A stretch of 64,000 bases of DNA from Candidatus Dojkabacteria bacterium (GTDB lineage Bacteria > Patescibacteriota > Dojkabacteria > J137), in the NCBI GenBank assembly GCA_040006935.1, contig JBDTVZ010000003.1, forward strand, positions 1,102 through 65,101, given 5' to 3'. Made by a program: the position numbers and the translations under genes. Positions 1 through 9,162 of the stretch are shown one piece after another. Numbering within the stretch: position 1 is the first letter of the stretch; each line of letters begins with the position of its first letter. The notes beneath the pieces were generated by a model. The model saw only the letters and a list, made by a program, of their open reading frames with translations, had not been told where the DNA came from and made no database searches.

Positions 1-310
1 GCAAATCCTTAGTAATGCTCTCTACCTCTTTCGTTTGCTCTTTTTTATTCTCATCATTCTTAGCTTTTGATTTATTATCTTTCTTTCTCTTCAATATTTC
101 ATCATTAGTCCAGTCCAGGTCAGACCAACCCATTTCTCCGAAACCATTATCTTGAACCCAGTCTGTTGAATCTTCTGCAAATCTTCTCGCATTTTTAGCA
201 AGACTCTTTAACTTCTTAGAATTTTTTTTGAAATCAACAAGAAGAAAAAACAACAATCCTCCTGAGAGAATGACAGCTAAAACTAAAAGGAAATTAATTA
301 ACTTTTTCAT
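1..310 (-). CDS. hypothetical membrane protein (3' end runs off window)
   Basis: Minus-strand ATG (rc of 308-310) opens a frame with no stop before position 1. N-terminus MKKLINFLLVLAVILSGGLLFFLL is a TM/signal-like helix followed by a Lys/Asp/Glu-rich region. Absent from the ORF track because it is open at the window edge. Confidence 0.4.
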   Translation of the reverse strand, partial: MKKLINFLLVLAVILSGGLLFFLLVDFKKNSKKLKSLAKNARRFAEDSTDWVQDNGFGEMGWSDLDWTNDEILKRKKDNKSKAKNDENKKEQTKEVESITKDL

Positions 311-324
311 ATTTATTTTATAAA

Positions 325-624
325 TTATTTTGCTTCGTCCTCCTCCTCAGTTTCTTCTGTAGGATTTATAACAACGTCTCCTGCGTTTTCTTTTTCTTCT
401 ACAAGCCTTCCATCAACTTCATCTAAATCAGAAGAAGTTTCAAGAGGATTATCTGAAGGAGAATCAGGAGTTAAAGTTTCTTCATCAGTATCATCTTCTA
501 AAAGAGCATCTTGACCTATACCTTCATCGAGCTCAGAATCAACAGGGTTAACATCATCGCTTTGAGTGTCGTCAGAAAAATCATCTCCTGCACTCACTGG
601 TTTTATTTCATCTTCATCATTCAT
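325..624 (-). CDS. hypothetical highly acidic low-complexity protein
   Basis: 99-aa ORF dominated by D/E/S/T. Packed between polA and the edge ORF on the same strand. No recognisable domain. Confidence 0.3.
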   Translation of the reverse strand: MNDEDEIKPVSAGDDFSDDTQSDDVNPVDSELDEGIGQDALLEDDTDEETLTPDSPSDNPLETSSDLDEVDGRLVEEKENAGDVVINPTEETEEEDEAK

Positions 625-682
625 TTTTATTTAATTAAAAATTAAAAGATAGTCAATTAAAAGAAATTTTTTTTAATTCTTA

Positions 683-3316
683 TTATATTGATATCTTTTC
701 AAGACTTCCCCATCTTTTCCCTATGCTAGCTTCTACTTTATAGGTCACTCCGAGGTCGTATGCGTTACACATTACATCATAGACTTTTTTATAGAATTCG
801 GCAACATTTTTGTCATTAATTGATGACCCTTTTATCTCGAACAAGAATTCATCGTGTATTTGCAGTAACAGTTTAGCATTATATTCGGACATGATGTCCG
901 ATAATTTACTCATCGCTATTTTCATAATATCCGCAGCTGTTCCTTGAATTATAAAATTAAACAATTCTCTTTCCGCAGCTGCTCTTAAATTTCTATTATT
1001 CGATTTAATCATATCACTGTATCTTCTTCGCCCCAAAGATGTTTCTGTATAGCCTGTCTTTGTTGCTTCAGCTAAGACTTTATCCATAAAACTTTTTACA
1101 TTAGAATATTTTTCAAAATACTTTGTTATAAACATCGAAGCTACTTCTCGAGGAATCCTCATTCGCTCAGATAATCCAAAAGATGATATTCCATAGATAA
1201 TGCTGAAGTTAATTGTTTTTCCCTGGTCTCTTTGTTCTTGTGTAACTGAATTTATGTCTATTTCAAAAATCTCGGATGCGGTTAACTTATGAACATCTTG
1301 ATTATTATTGAAACTTTCAACCATGGCTTCTTCCCCTGATAATGCAGCTAAGATTCTTAGCTCTTGTTGAGAATAATCGAAAGATAGGAACACTGAATCT
1401 TCTGGAGCAACAAATGCATCTCTAATATTAATATCTCTCACTAAGCCTTTCGGAATATTTTGCAAGTTAGGGTTCTTCGATGAGAACCTGCCGCTAATAG
1501 CTCCAAGTTGATCAAACACGCCATGAACTCTCGAGGAGTCTAGCTCAATATATTCTGGGAGAGGTTTTAAATAAGTAGAAAGTATTTTGTCTAACTCTCT
1601 ATATTCTAGAATAAACTCGACAACAGGGTCTTGACCACTTAGGTAGTTTAAAGATCTCTCATCGGTTGAGTAACTTCCTGACTTTGTTTTCCTTCCGCCT
1701 GTTAAAGCTTTTTCTACAAAAAGCATTTCTCCTACTTGTTTAGGTGAATTTATATTAAATTCATGTCCAACACTTTTGTATATAGCTTGTTTTACAGACT
1801 CTTTTATTGCTTCGAAATTGGACACGTCCTCGTTGAGAAGTTTGGTGTCGAGCTGAATTCCTGCTCTTTCCATCTCACAAACTACAGGTAAAACTAAATG
1901 TTCTAAATTAATAACACCTTTCATTTCACTTCCTTCTTCTAATTTTTCCCCTAATTTTTCTGAAAGATTTTTAATAGAAACTAAATCTTTTAAGAGATCC
2001 GACGCATACTCTCCCCCTAGAAAATGCATTGTTTGACTTAATCCATAGCTAGATTTACCTCCAGATAGTATTACGGAATATATTCCTAGATCTTTAAAAC
2101 TAGAAAAATCTATATAAATATCTCTGTTATGAGATGAATGAATTAATTTTTTTAAATCATATGTTAAAACATCCTTATCCTTAATATTTTCTAAGAAAGA
2201 TTTTAATTGTTCAGAACTAACTGAGTATATTAAATCAGAAGACTCTGTTGTGTAATATAACTTTACCAAATTCCAATGCAGTGGACTTTCGTTAATATTT
2301 TCGTATTCTCCTAACAAATAGATCTTCTCACCTTTTACATCCTTTCCATTCCAGGTTAAGCACTCCGGTTCTATTTGCTCATCAAATAAATTTGGTGCTA
2401 ATTGAGATTGAACAGCCTCTTCTTTTACAGTATATATTTTTGAGAACTTCTCTAACTTTCCTAAAAGAGTTCTAAATTGAAGATCATTAAATAGCTTCTT
2501 TACCCTATCTAGGTTTATGTTTTCAAATTTAGAATGTTCTAAATCGAAAACAACTGGGACTGCACGATTTACTGTTGCCAAACTCTTGGACATCATTGCT
2601 ATTTCGTGATTTTCAGCTAATTTAATTTTATACCTTTCCTTAACTTGATCAATATTCTTGTACACCTCTTCTAGCGATCCGAATTGATTTATCAATTCTA
2701 CAGCACCCTTAGGTCCAATTCCCTTAACTCCAGGAATATTGTCCGAAGCATCCCCAGCAATTGATTTGTAGTCCGGAACCTGGACAGGAGTAATGCCTAA
2801 CTTTTCAACAACATCTTTTGCTTCAAATAACCTGGATTCTGAAAATCTTCTTCCTGCTAAATATACAGAAGTATCATCGTCGACCAACTGGAATAAATCC
2901 TGGTCCCCAGTTACGACTATTGTTTTAGCCCACTTGCCCGAATAGCTGTGATCGATTGTTGCAATAATATCATCCGCTTCTATTCCGTCAATTTTTAACA
3001 AAGGAATGTCAAAGGTTTTTAAAACTTCCTCTATTCTAGGGAATTGAGAAGTCATCATATCGTCAGCAGAATCTCTATTGGATTTGTAAAAGGAATAATC
3101 CGCTTCTCTAACCGTTGGACCTTTTGAGTCCATTACAGCAATTACATTTGTTGGTTTAAATTTCATTAGGACATCCAGCACTAAACTTGTGTAACCATAA
3201 ACTGCATTTACTGGTTCGCCTGTTGAAGTAGTTAAAGAAGGTGGAAAGGCAAAATATGCTCTATAAATAAGAGCGTGAGAATCGATTATTAAAAGGGTTT
3301 TATCTGTATTGGACAT
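683..3316 (-). CDS. polA: DNA polymerase I
   Basis: 877 aa. N-terminal 5'-3' exonuclease region (LLIIDSHALIYRAYFA, GIGPKGA). C-terminal family A polymerase motifs (RRxxK...NFxxxYG, QIHDEF). Confidence 0.9.
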   Translation of the reverse strand: MSNTDKTLLIIDSHALIYRAYFAFPPSLTTSTGEPVNAVYGYTSLVLDVLMKFKPTNVIAVMDSKGPTVREADYSFYKSNRDSADDMMTSQFPRIEEVLKTFDIPLLKIDGIEADDIIATIDHSYSGKWAKTIVVTGDQDLFQLVDDDTSVYLAGRRFSESRLFEAKDVVEKLGITPVQVPDYKSIAGDASDNIPGVKGIGPKGAVELINQFGSLEEVYKNIDQVKERYKIKLAENHEIAMMSKSLATVNRAVPVVFDLEHSKFENINLDRVKKLFNDLQFRTLLGKLEKFSKIYTVKEEAVQSQLAPNLFDEQIEPECLTWNGKDVKGEKIYLLGEYENINESPLHWNLVKLYYTTESSDLIYSVSSEQLKSFLENIKDKDVLTYDLKKLIHSSHNRDIYIDFSSFKDLGIYSVILSGGKSSYGLSQTMHFLGGEYASDLLKDLVSIKNLSEKLGEKLEEGSEMKGVINLEHLVLPVVCEMERAGIQLDTKLLNEDVSNFEAIKESVKQAIYKSVGHEFNINSPKQVGEMLFVEKALTGGRKTKSGSYSTDERSLNYLSGQDPVVEFILEYRELDKILSTYLKPLPEYIELDSSRVHGVFDQLGAISGRFSSKNPNLQNIPKGLVRDINIRDAFVAPEDSVFLSFDYSQQELRILAALSGEEAMVESFNNNQDVHKLTASEIFEIDINSVTQEQRDQGKTINFSIIYGISSFGLSERMRIPREVASMFITKYFEKYSNVKSFMDKVLAEATKTGYTETSLGRRRYSDMIKSNNRNLRAAAERELFNFIIQGTAADIMKIAMSKLSDIMSEYNAKLLLQIHDEFLFEIKGSSINDKNVAEFYKKVYDVMCNAYDLGVTYKVEASIGKRWGSLEKISI

Positions 3317-3336
3317 GATCGAATTATAGCAAGTTA

Positions 3337-3951
3337 TTAACTTTCTGTTACCAACATTTTTAAGATTTCATCTTGCGGTGGAATTAAATTGTTATCGACC
3401 ATATGTTTTATATAGCCATGCATTGCCTGCCTGTAAACTGGGTTCCTCAAATGTTTGAGTAACGGTTCAAAAAATATCTCGGGAATTTGTTCTAAGACCG
3501 ATAAGATATCTGCCAAACTATGCCATTCCCATCTGCCCATCTTATCTTTCTCATTCTCTGGGACAGGATAAAAGGGTTGAGGATCATGTACGAACGAAAT
3601 TTGTGGAGACATAGCATAAACATCATCAACTATAATTTCATCTACAAGATAGATTAAATCAATTTTATCTCTTGCTGAAATTCCTGATTCTTCCAATGTT
3701 TCTCTTTCTATTGTATCTACTATTGTTTTATCACTTGGATCTCTCTTACCACCAGTTACTTGTAAGCCTCCTCTTAGTCCAAATCTTTCACTTAGGAGAA
3801 TTTGCAATTTACCAGATCCAGGTGCTGCGCATAAGATAGTTTCTGTGCCACCAGGAATACATCTCTCCGGCAATCTCCGCAGTTGATCATCTTCATATGA
3901 TCTAATTTCTTGCTTTACAGTAGCAGGGCCTAAATCGATTAACGGTGCCAT
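3337..3951 (-). CDS. Nudix hydrolase
   Basis: Nudix box GGKRDPSDKTIVDTIERETLEESGI, matching Gx5Ex7REUxEExGU. Confidence 0.7.
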   Translation of the reverse strand: MAPLIDLGPATVKQEIRSYEDDQLRRLPERCIPGGTETILCAAPGSGKLQILLSERFGLRGGLQVTGGKRDPSDKTIVDTIERETLEESGISARDKIDLIYLVDEIIVDDVYAMSPQISFVHDPQPFYPVPENEKDKMGRWEWHSLADILSVLEQIPEIFFEPLLKHLRNPVYRQAMHGYIKHMVDNNLIPPQDEILKMLVTES

Positions 3952-4017
3952 AATTGAAGTTTAAATTTAATGGCTAATGATAGTTCGAGATAATACAATA
4001 GTAAGGATATTACTCTT

Positions 4018-4503
4018 TCAATGCCTTTCATATCCAATTTTCCAGATTTCATTTAACCTCTTCATCATATCTGGATTATTCTCATATATTTTAAAGAGAA
4101 CATTTCTAAAAATTTCCCTGAGACTAGCTGCACGAGGCACAGTACCATGTTTCTGAAATTCGCCGTTCAATCCATGCCAACCTAAACCCATAGAAAGATC
4201 TTGCGACTTGTTATTTCCAGTTAAATATAGATCAATAATCCTTATATTTTCTGCCATTACATTCACAACTCTACTTAGAGGTCGTGCAGTGCCGTCAGAG
4301 TACAAGATCATAAATTCTCTACCATTTTCAGATTTGAATGATTCTACTAATCCCCCCAACTTATCTAACATTTCTTCCGGAGTTTTAAATAGTTCTTTAT
4401 CCAAAAATTCCGAAAGAATAGATCCATCTTCTTTAGCATTTGAAATGCCATTATTCTTGTTGTCAGATAAATCATCCATATTAAAACAAAACTTCAAATT
4501 CAT
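4018..4503 (-). CDS. hypothetical protein
   Basis: 161-aa ORF with no recognisable motif. The real start is probably the internal Met (MDDLSD), which would avoid overlap with ftsH. Confidence 0.35.
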   Translation of the reverse strand: MNLKFCFNMDDLSDNKNNGISNAKEDGSILSEFLDKELFKTPEEMLDKLGGLVESFKSENGREFMILYSDGTARPLSRVVNVMAENIRIIDLYLTGNNKSQDLSMGLGWHGLNGEFQKHGTVPRAASLREIFRNVLFKIYENNPDMMKRLNEIWKIGYERH

Positions 4504-6859
4504 CTTTATTCAAAACTTCTTTCTCAAGAAGTTCTGTTGCTACCTTATCTAATTTATCTCTATGTTCTGTCAAAACTTGTACTGCTCTTTTATATGCTTC
4601 TCCTACAATTGCTCGCACTTCTACATCAATCTCTTCAGAAGTTTTTTCTGAATATTCCTTAGTATTACTATAAGCGTATCCTAGATATTCGTTTTCCTCA
4701 AAGTTTCCGTACTGAACCAATCCGAGCTTTTCGGACATTCCAAATTTTTGAATCATTCTTCTAGCTACTGCTGTTGCCTTTTCTATATCATTAGACGCTC
4801 CGGTTGAAACATCAGCAAGCGCAACTTCTTCTGCAGCTCTACCTCCCAAACTAACTGTGATATCAGCTAAAAGCTTTCTTTTGGACATTATATATTCATC
4901 ATTTTCTGGTAAGAACATTGTTACCCCTCCGCTTGAACCTCGAGAAGTTATAGAAATCTTATCCACTGGAGTAGACTCTGGTGTATATTTTGCAACTACA
5001 GCATGTCCTGCCTCATGATAAGCAACAAGTTTTAATTCATTATCTGTCCTTTTTCTTGATTTTTTAGCGGGGCCAAGAATCACTTTAGTTACAGCTTCCT
5101 CAATATCGTCTATTGCGATTTTCTTTTTATTTTCTTTTGCAGCAATAATTGCAGATTCGTTCATAATGTTCTCAAGATCTGCTCCTGTAAATCCTACCGT
5201 TCTTTTTGCAATCTTTTCTAAATCAACAGTTTCATCTAATGGCTTGTTTTTACTATGAACCATTAAAATTTCCTTTCTTCCTTGCATGTCTGGAAGTTCG
5301 ATTCTAATTTGCCTATCAAATCTCCCTGGCCTTAAAATAGCTGGGTCTAATACATCTGGTCTATTTGTTGCAGCAAGTACAATTACGTTAACATTTTTTT
5401 CAAACCCATCCATTTCTACAAGAATTTGATTTAATGTTTGTTCAGTATTTCCAGATTGAATTTTTGTGCCTCTTTTTCGAGCTACGGCATCAATTTCATC
5501 TATAAATATTAGAGAAGGTGCAGCTTTTTTAGCTTTGTCGAATAAATCTCTAACTCTAGAAGCTCCTGCTCCAACTAACATCTCTTCAAATTCAGAACCC
5601 GAAGTATGAAAGAATGGAACGCCAGCTTCACCAGCAATTGCTCTGGCAAGTAAAGTTTTACCTGTTCCTGGAGGACCAACCATAAGTATTCCCTTTGGAA
5701 TTCGAGCTCCTAACTTTCTAAATTTCGATGGTGTTTTTAAGAAATCTACAACTTCATTAAGTTCATCTCTTGCTTCATCAATTCCCGCAACATCCTTGAA
5801 AGTAGTATCTGTTTTAGATCCAAAAAACATTTTTGCTTTACTCTGGCCAAATTGCATTATTCCCATTCCACCGCCTCCCTGCATGCTTCTGTAAAGCATT
5901 ACAGCAATTACAACAAATCCTACTAACGTTAAAATTGTAAGGACATCGTTTAAACCTATTCCTTGAGGAATATTTGCAGAAACTATTTCAAAGTTATCGT
6001 CTGAGATTTTAATTCCTTCTTGTTGCAAAAGAGTTGTAAACGAAGAAATTACTGGAGTCCAATCTAAAAATGCTTTTTGAACTTTATCAGTGCTTATTTT
6101 AGCGATAACGACATTATCTAAATCATAAACTGCGCTTATTTGATTATTAGTTATTCTATCGTTTAAGCTAGACGCCGATATATCTATTGACGCGAATCTT
6201 ATTTTACTCACATTTATTCCTAGTATTGAAAGATCTATTCCTTTATCATCAAGTTTTTGTAGAAATGCTTTTTCATTTGTTCCTTGTACTAATACATCTT
6301 TTTGATTGAAACCTCTTAAACCTAGTAAATAATTATCTCCAATTACTACCTCACTTACAGTTCCATTACCCCTATTCAAAAAGGTTCTAATCTGAGTAAT
6401 TAGGTCTTGATTAGTTAGTATTCCAACAAATGAATCTAAATCCATAGTCTCGAAAGAACTATTTTGAGTACTAGATACTTTTACACTCTCATTACTATTT
6501 AATGAAACTTGGGACTTATCAGTTGAGACTTCTACATAAGTTTTACCAACTGCTTGAACCTTCCCATCGTTTTGAACCACAAGCTGTGAGTACTTATTTT
6601 CTTTTATTCCGGCTACAAGCGTATTTAAATTAATTTTCCCAGTTGCAACATCTCTATTTACGAATTGAAAAAGAAAGAAAAGAATCAAGAGTGTAGTTAC
6701 AATTAGAATTATTGGGTTAATCTGAAAAGAAAAGATTCGTGGACCTTTCTTTTTATTGTTTAGTTGCACTATTTTTTTTGCAATATCGTCAGTGAATTGA
6801 TCTAGATCTTTTCTTGAGTTTTCTTTATTTTTTTGTGGTTCTTGTGGATTTTCATTCAT
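4481..6859 (-). CDS. ftsH: ATP-dependent zinc metalloprotease FtsH
   Basis: Two TM segments. AAA+ Walker A GPPGTGKT and SRH region. Zn motif HEAGHAVVA. An unusually long extracytoplasmic domain of roughly 250 aa lies between TM1 and TM2. Confidence 0.9.
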   Translation of the reverse strand: MNENPQEPQKNKENSRKDLDQFTDDIAKKIVQLNNKKKGPRIFSFQINPIILIVTTLLILFFLFQFVNRDVATGKINLNTLVAGIKENKYSQLVVQNDGKVQAVGKTYVEVSTDKSQVSLNSNESVKVSSTQNSSFETMDLDSFVGILTNQDLITQIRTFLNRGNGTVSEVVIGDNYLLGLRGFNQKDVLVQGTNEKAFLQKLDDKGIDLSILGINVSKIRFASIDISASSLNDRITNNQISAVYDLDNVVIAKISTDKVQKAFLDWTPVISSFTTLLQQEGIKISDDNFEIVSANIPQGIGLNDVLTILTLVGFVVIAVMLYRSMQGGGGMGIMQFGQSKAKMFFGSKTDTTFKDVAGIDEARDELNEVVDFLKTPSKFRKLGARIPKGILMVGPPGTGKTLLARAIAGEAGVPFFHTSGSEFEEMLVGAGASRVRDLFDKAKKAAPSLIFIDEIDAVARKRGTKIQSGNTEQTLNQILVEMDGFEKNVNVIVLAATNRPDVLDPAILRPGRFDRQIRIELPDMQGRKEILMVHSKNKPLDETVDLEKIAKRTVGFTGADLENIMNESAIIAAKENKKKIAIDDIEEAVTKVILGPAKKSRKRTDNELKLVAYHEAGHAVVAKYTPESTPVDKISITSRGSSGGVTMFLPENDEYIMSKRKLLADITVSLGGRAAEEVALADVSTGASNDIEKATAVARRMIQKFGMSEKLGLVQYGNFEENEYLGYAYSNTKEYSEKTSEEIDVEVRAIVGEAYKRAVQVLTEHRDKLDKVATELLEKEVLNKDEFEVLF

Positions 6860-6944
6860 AGATTTATTGTAGCATTCAAAGATAATAGATTACAGATTGA
6901 GAATTTAATAATTATACTCTATCGGGAAGCAGGATTTCCTCAAC

Positions 6945-7035
6945 TTCGCAGGATAAACTTCGTACCGACCTCGGGCTTACCTGCCTGCGTGGCTGCGCCA
7001 GCAGTCAGGCAGGTGAGTCCCACGTTTTCTAAAAT
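6945..7035 (-). repeat. partial tRNA-Met duplicate (anticodon arm to degenerate T-arm) with a 34-nt hairpin insert in the anticodon loop
   Basis: Read on the minus strand: ...CGTGGGACTCA[34 nt]TAAGCCCGAGGTCGGTACGAAG... The genuine tRNA 18 nt away reads CGCGGGACTCATAAGCCCGAGGTCGGCAGTTCGA. The insert CCTGCCTGCGTGGCTGCGCCAGCAGTCAGGCAGG (6980-7013) is an imperfect palindrome with an 8-bp outer stem. Confidence 0.6.
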
Positions 7036-7047
7036 TATTAATGATAA

Positions 7048-7121
7048 TATCAGAGGGCAGGATCGAACTGCCGACCTCGGGCTTATGAGTCCCGCGCTCT
7101 AACCAACTGAGCTACTCTGAT
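7048..7121 (-). tRNA. tRNA-Met (anticodon CAT); elongator Met or Ile2(LAU) type not distinguishable
   Basis: Manual cloverleaf: acceptor ATCAGAG/CTCTGAT with discriminator A, D-arm GCTC/GAGC, anticodon loop CTCATAA, T-arm GGCAG-TTCGATC-CTGCC. 74 nt. There is an A31:G39 mismatch in the anticodon stem. Confidence 0.75.
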
Positions 7122-7212
7122 GCTGTCTCGATTTTAGCAAAAAAGTTCTATTCTTGCTAACTGAATATTCTCCACTCTTACGTTATAATTAGGCAATATT
7201 TAAATAAATCTT

Positions 7213-7992
7213 ATGACTAACGGAATTGATATCTCTGAATTTCAAGGTGATGTGAATTTTGATCTGTTGAATACGCAAATTGATTTTATTTTCATTAGGT
7301 GTTCTTTTGGTGTAGGTTACATGGATAATAAATTCGAGAGGAATCGCAACGAATCAAGAAGAGTTGGTATTTCTAGAGGGTTCTATCATTATGCCTATCC
7401 TCAATACAATAGTCCAGAAGAAGAAGCTAATTATTTTTGTTCTGTTCTAAGCGACTTGGAGAAAGACGAGTTAGTGGCTCTGGATTTTGAAGAACAATGG
7501 AGTGGCGATAAAGTTAACTGGTGTTTAAGATTTTTAAATAGAGTTCACGAAGTTTATGGATTTAAACCCTTACTTTATACAAACTTAGATAAGATTTATT
7601 CTGCAGAATGGACTGCAGTTGTAAATGCGGACTATGGATTATGGCTAGCTACCTGGGATGGGAATAATTCGATAGCACCCTCTACTCCCTGGCCTTTTGT
7701 TGCTTTTAAACAATATAGTTCAACGGGGAGCATAAGTGGCATTGAAGGCAATGTTGATTTTGATGTGTTTTTTGGTGATAAAAATTCATTAAAAAAATAT
7801 GGGTATCAACCTCCTATCAATATTCCTGATCCAATTGAAGATAATCATAATCCTCCAATTAATATACACATCCCTGTTTCAAATCCCATTGAGAATAAGG
7901 AACCAGCCTTTGTTATTGATAAAACTGACCCAACAGACTTGCTTAAAGTTTTTAGAGATCTTCTAAATAAATTCCTAACAATGTTTAGATGA
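7213..7992 (+). CDS. glycoside hydrolase family 25 muramidase (phage-endolysin-like, no signal peptide)
   Basis: GH25 motifs GIDISEFQG, FIFIRCSFG, GFYHYAYP, LDFE, LYTNL and FKQYSSTGSISGIEGNVDFDVFFG. No N-terminal signal peptide. Pro-rich C-terminal tail. Confidence 0.8.
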   Translation: MTNGIDISEFQGDVNFDLLNTQIDFIFIRCSFGVGYMDNKFERNRNESRRVGISRGFYHYAYPQYNSPEEEANYFCSVLSDLEKDELVALDFEEQWSGDKVNWCLRFLNRVHEVYGFKPLLYTNLDKIYSAEWTAVVNADYGLWLATWDGNNSIAPSTPWPFVAFKQYSSTGSISGIEGNVDFDVFFGDKNSLKKYGYQPPINIPDPIEDNHNPPINIHIPVSNPIENKEPAFVIDKTDPTDLLKVFRDLLNKFLTMFR

Positions 7993-8019
7993 GACCATTT
8001 TGTTAAATCAAAAAGCCCC

Positions 8020-8095
8020 TATTTCCGTTGATCTTCAGGTTACCTGCCTGCGTGGCTGCGCCAGCAGTCAGGCAGGTGAGCCTGACTCCAAGTCC
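8020..8095 (-). repeat. partial tRNA-fMet duplicate with the same 34-nt hairpin inserted in the anticodon loop
   Basis: Minus strand reads ...GGAGTCAGGCTCA[34 nt]TAACCTGAAGATCAACGGAAATAGGGGCTTTTT... The genuine tRNA-fMet reads GTCAGGCTCATAACCTGAAGGTCATCCGTTCGAATCGG...AAAGCCCCTATA. The insert at 8043-8076 is identical to that at 6980-7013. The duplicate even includes part of the tRNA's downstream terminator. Confidence 0.6.
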
Positions 8096-8129
8096 CTAAT
8101 GAATCTTTTCCTATAGCTGGCTTTAGACT

Positions 8130-8327
8130 TTAATCTTTTTCAAACTTCAATGCTTCGATTTCATTTTCAAATACTTTGTAACCTAAAAGCTTTAATGGCA
8201 GAAATCTTTTTGTAGTTTTAACTTTTCCCTTTTGGTGATACTGAAGCCTCTGCTCCATATTAGAAGTAAAACCATAATAATGAAATTTACTAACTTTCTC
8301 AGATAGAAGGCAATATACAAAAAACAT
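8130..8327 (-). CDS. small GIY-YIG nuclease family protein (UPF0213/YhbQ-like)
   Basis: MFFVYCLLSEKVSKFHYYGFTSNMEQRLQYHQKGKVKTTKRF...ENEIEALKFEKD matches the GIY-YIG single-domain family (YVYILxSxxxxxxYIGxTxNLxRRLxEHNxGxxxxTK). The track ORF extends to 8438 over the terminator and tRNA, so the start was trimmed to the internal Met. Confidence 0.7.
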   Translation of the reverse strand: MFFVYCLLSEKVSKFHYYGFTSNMEQRLQYHQKGKVKTTKRFLPLKLLGYKVFENEIEALKFEKD

Positions 8328-8340
8328 AATGAAGAATTTA

Positions 8341-8377
8341 TTATAATAAAAAGCCCCTATAAACGTATAGGGGCTTT

Positions 8378-8378
<1 letters not shown>
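8341..8378 (-). terminator. intrinsic terminator immediately 3' of tRNA-fMet
   Basis: 9-bp perfect stem GCCCCTATA/TATAGGGGC with a 4-nt loop (8353-8374). On the minus strand it follows tRNA-CCA-AAA and is followed by TTTTTATTATAA. An A-run and T-run flank it on both strands, so it may work bidirectionally. Confidence 0.7.
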
Positions 8379-8452
<74 letters not shown>

Positions 8453-8506
8453 ATAGCGAAATGATTATATCAGATTTTCGGTGTTATTATCAATGTATTG
8501 AGAATT

Positions 8507-8642
8507 CCCTCTCCTTTCAAGGAGAGGGCTAGGGTGAGGTCATACCGCACCGAAAACTCGTAATAGTTTTTGTGCGGTCCTTATTAGTTTTGCAAATTGA
8601 ATGAGATTACTTCCTCGTCTGTAACTCCTGGCAATGACACCG
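8507..8642 (+). repeat. structured intergenic repeat, copy A (H1 hairpin + GGGTGAGGTC...stem...GGTCC core + AATGAGATT...GCAATGACACC tail)
   Basis: H1 is CCCTCTCC-TTTCAA-GGAGAGGG. The core is GGGTGAGGTCAT-ACCGCAC-CG-AAAACT-CGTAAT-AGTTTT-T-GTGCGGT-CCTTATT. The tail is TTTGCAAATTGAATGAGATT...GGCAATGACACC. Copy B at 40036-40178 is collinear. Confidence 0.65.
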
Positions 8643-8675
8643 AAGTTTATGAGACCCCTCTTTTAATTGTTTTTT

Positions 8676-9086
8676 TTACATTAAAAGTTTAACCCACCAA
8701 TCTGTGTAATCTTTTTTCAAACCTAAATCTAATAATTCCTTTTGCTCATCTAAATAGACAGGCTTTTCTTTTGTTTGGAAAAGTCTTTCATTATCGGAAG
8801 CATAATTTGAGGTTTCTCTAAGTATCAATTTCCTATATTCATCTGACGATACAAAGGTATTCTCCTTCTGTAAATCATCATTTTTTGCAGTAATTTCATC
8901 TAAACTTACCTTCTCGCTTAAAAAAGTTTCGTAATTAGATTTTCCATTTGTTATTACCCTGATTATGTTCACACCCATAATGAAACTTAATGTGAGCATA
9001 AAAATAGTTAAAGGAACTCCTTCAATTACTATTGAATTCTTATAGGATACTATTTGTTTTTTGATATATTTGTAAAGCTTTCTCAT
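8676..9086 (-). CDS. hypothetical membrane protein (N-terminal TM, short coiled coil; FtsB/DivIC-like architecture)
   Basis: 136-aa ORF. TM helix LTIFMLTLSFIMGVNIIRVI followed by a predicted coiled segment (DDLQKEN). No firm family match. Confidence 0.4.
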   Translation of the reverse strand: MRKLYKYIKKQIVSYKNSIVIEGVPLTIFMLTLSFIMGVNIIRVITNGKSNYETFLSEKVSLDEITAKNDDLQKENTFVSSDEYRKLILRETSNYASDNERLFQTKEKPVYLDEQKELLDLGLKKDYTDWWVKLLM

Positions 9087-9162
9087 ATAGGTTAATTGCT
9101 TGATTGACCCTTCAAACTCACTGTGATAACATCCTCTGGTAACTAAGTATAATGTATACTAC

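Noticed and set aside
4208-4552. Plus-strand 114-aa ORF antisense to the 161-aa gene and the ftsH 3' end
   Set aside because: Antisense overlap with better-supported genes, and low-complexity F/I/L/S composition typical of AT-rich antisense frames. The same reasoning applies to the other short plus-strand ORFs nested in minus-strand genes (11542-11727, 14150-14356, 16222-16410, 18404-18728, 19591-19839, 20051-20287, 20978-21184, 21383-22161, 24021-24260, 24603-24941, 28102-28299, 29185-29400, 29831-30124, 30661-30921, 32040-32387, 33273-33476, 34272-34487, 36069-36266, 37220-37737, 38247-38701, 43908-44147, 51997-52185, 54256-54480, 56663-56866, 57797-58546, 59279-59491, 59903-60169, 60467-60820, 63204-63440).
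6980-7013. The 34-nt inserts as genuine tRNA introns
   Set aside because: The flanking sequence lacks a D-arm and an intact T-arm or acceptor stem, so these are not complete tRNA genes. Also, 34 nt is far too short for a group I intron, and the insert splits the anticodon instead of sitting at the canonical 37/38 position.
6833-7102. Plus-strand 89-aa ORF
   Set aside because: It lies entirely over the tRNA-Met gene, its partial duplicate and the 34-nt palindrome. Its amino-acid composition is driven by the GC-rich repeat, so it is not coding.
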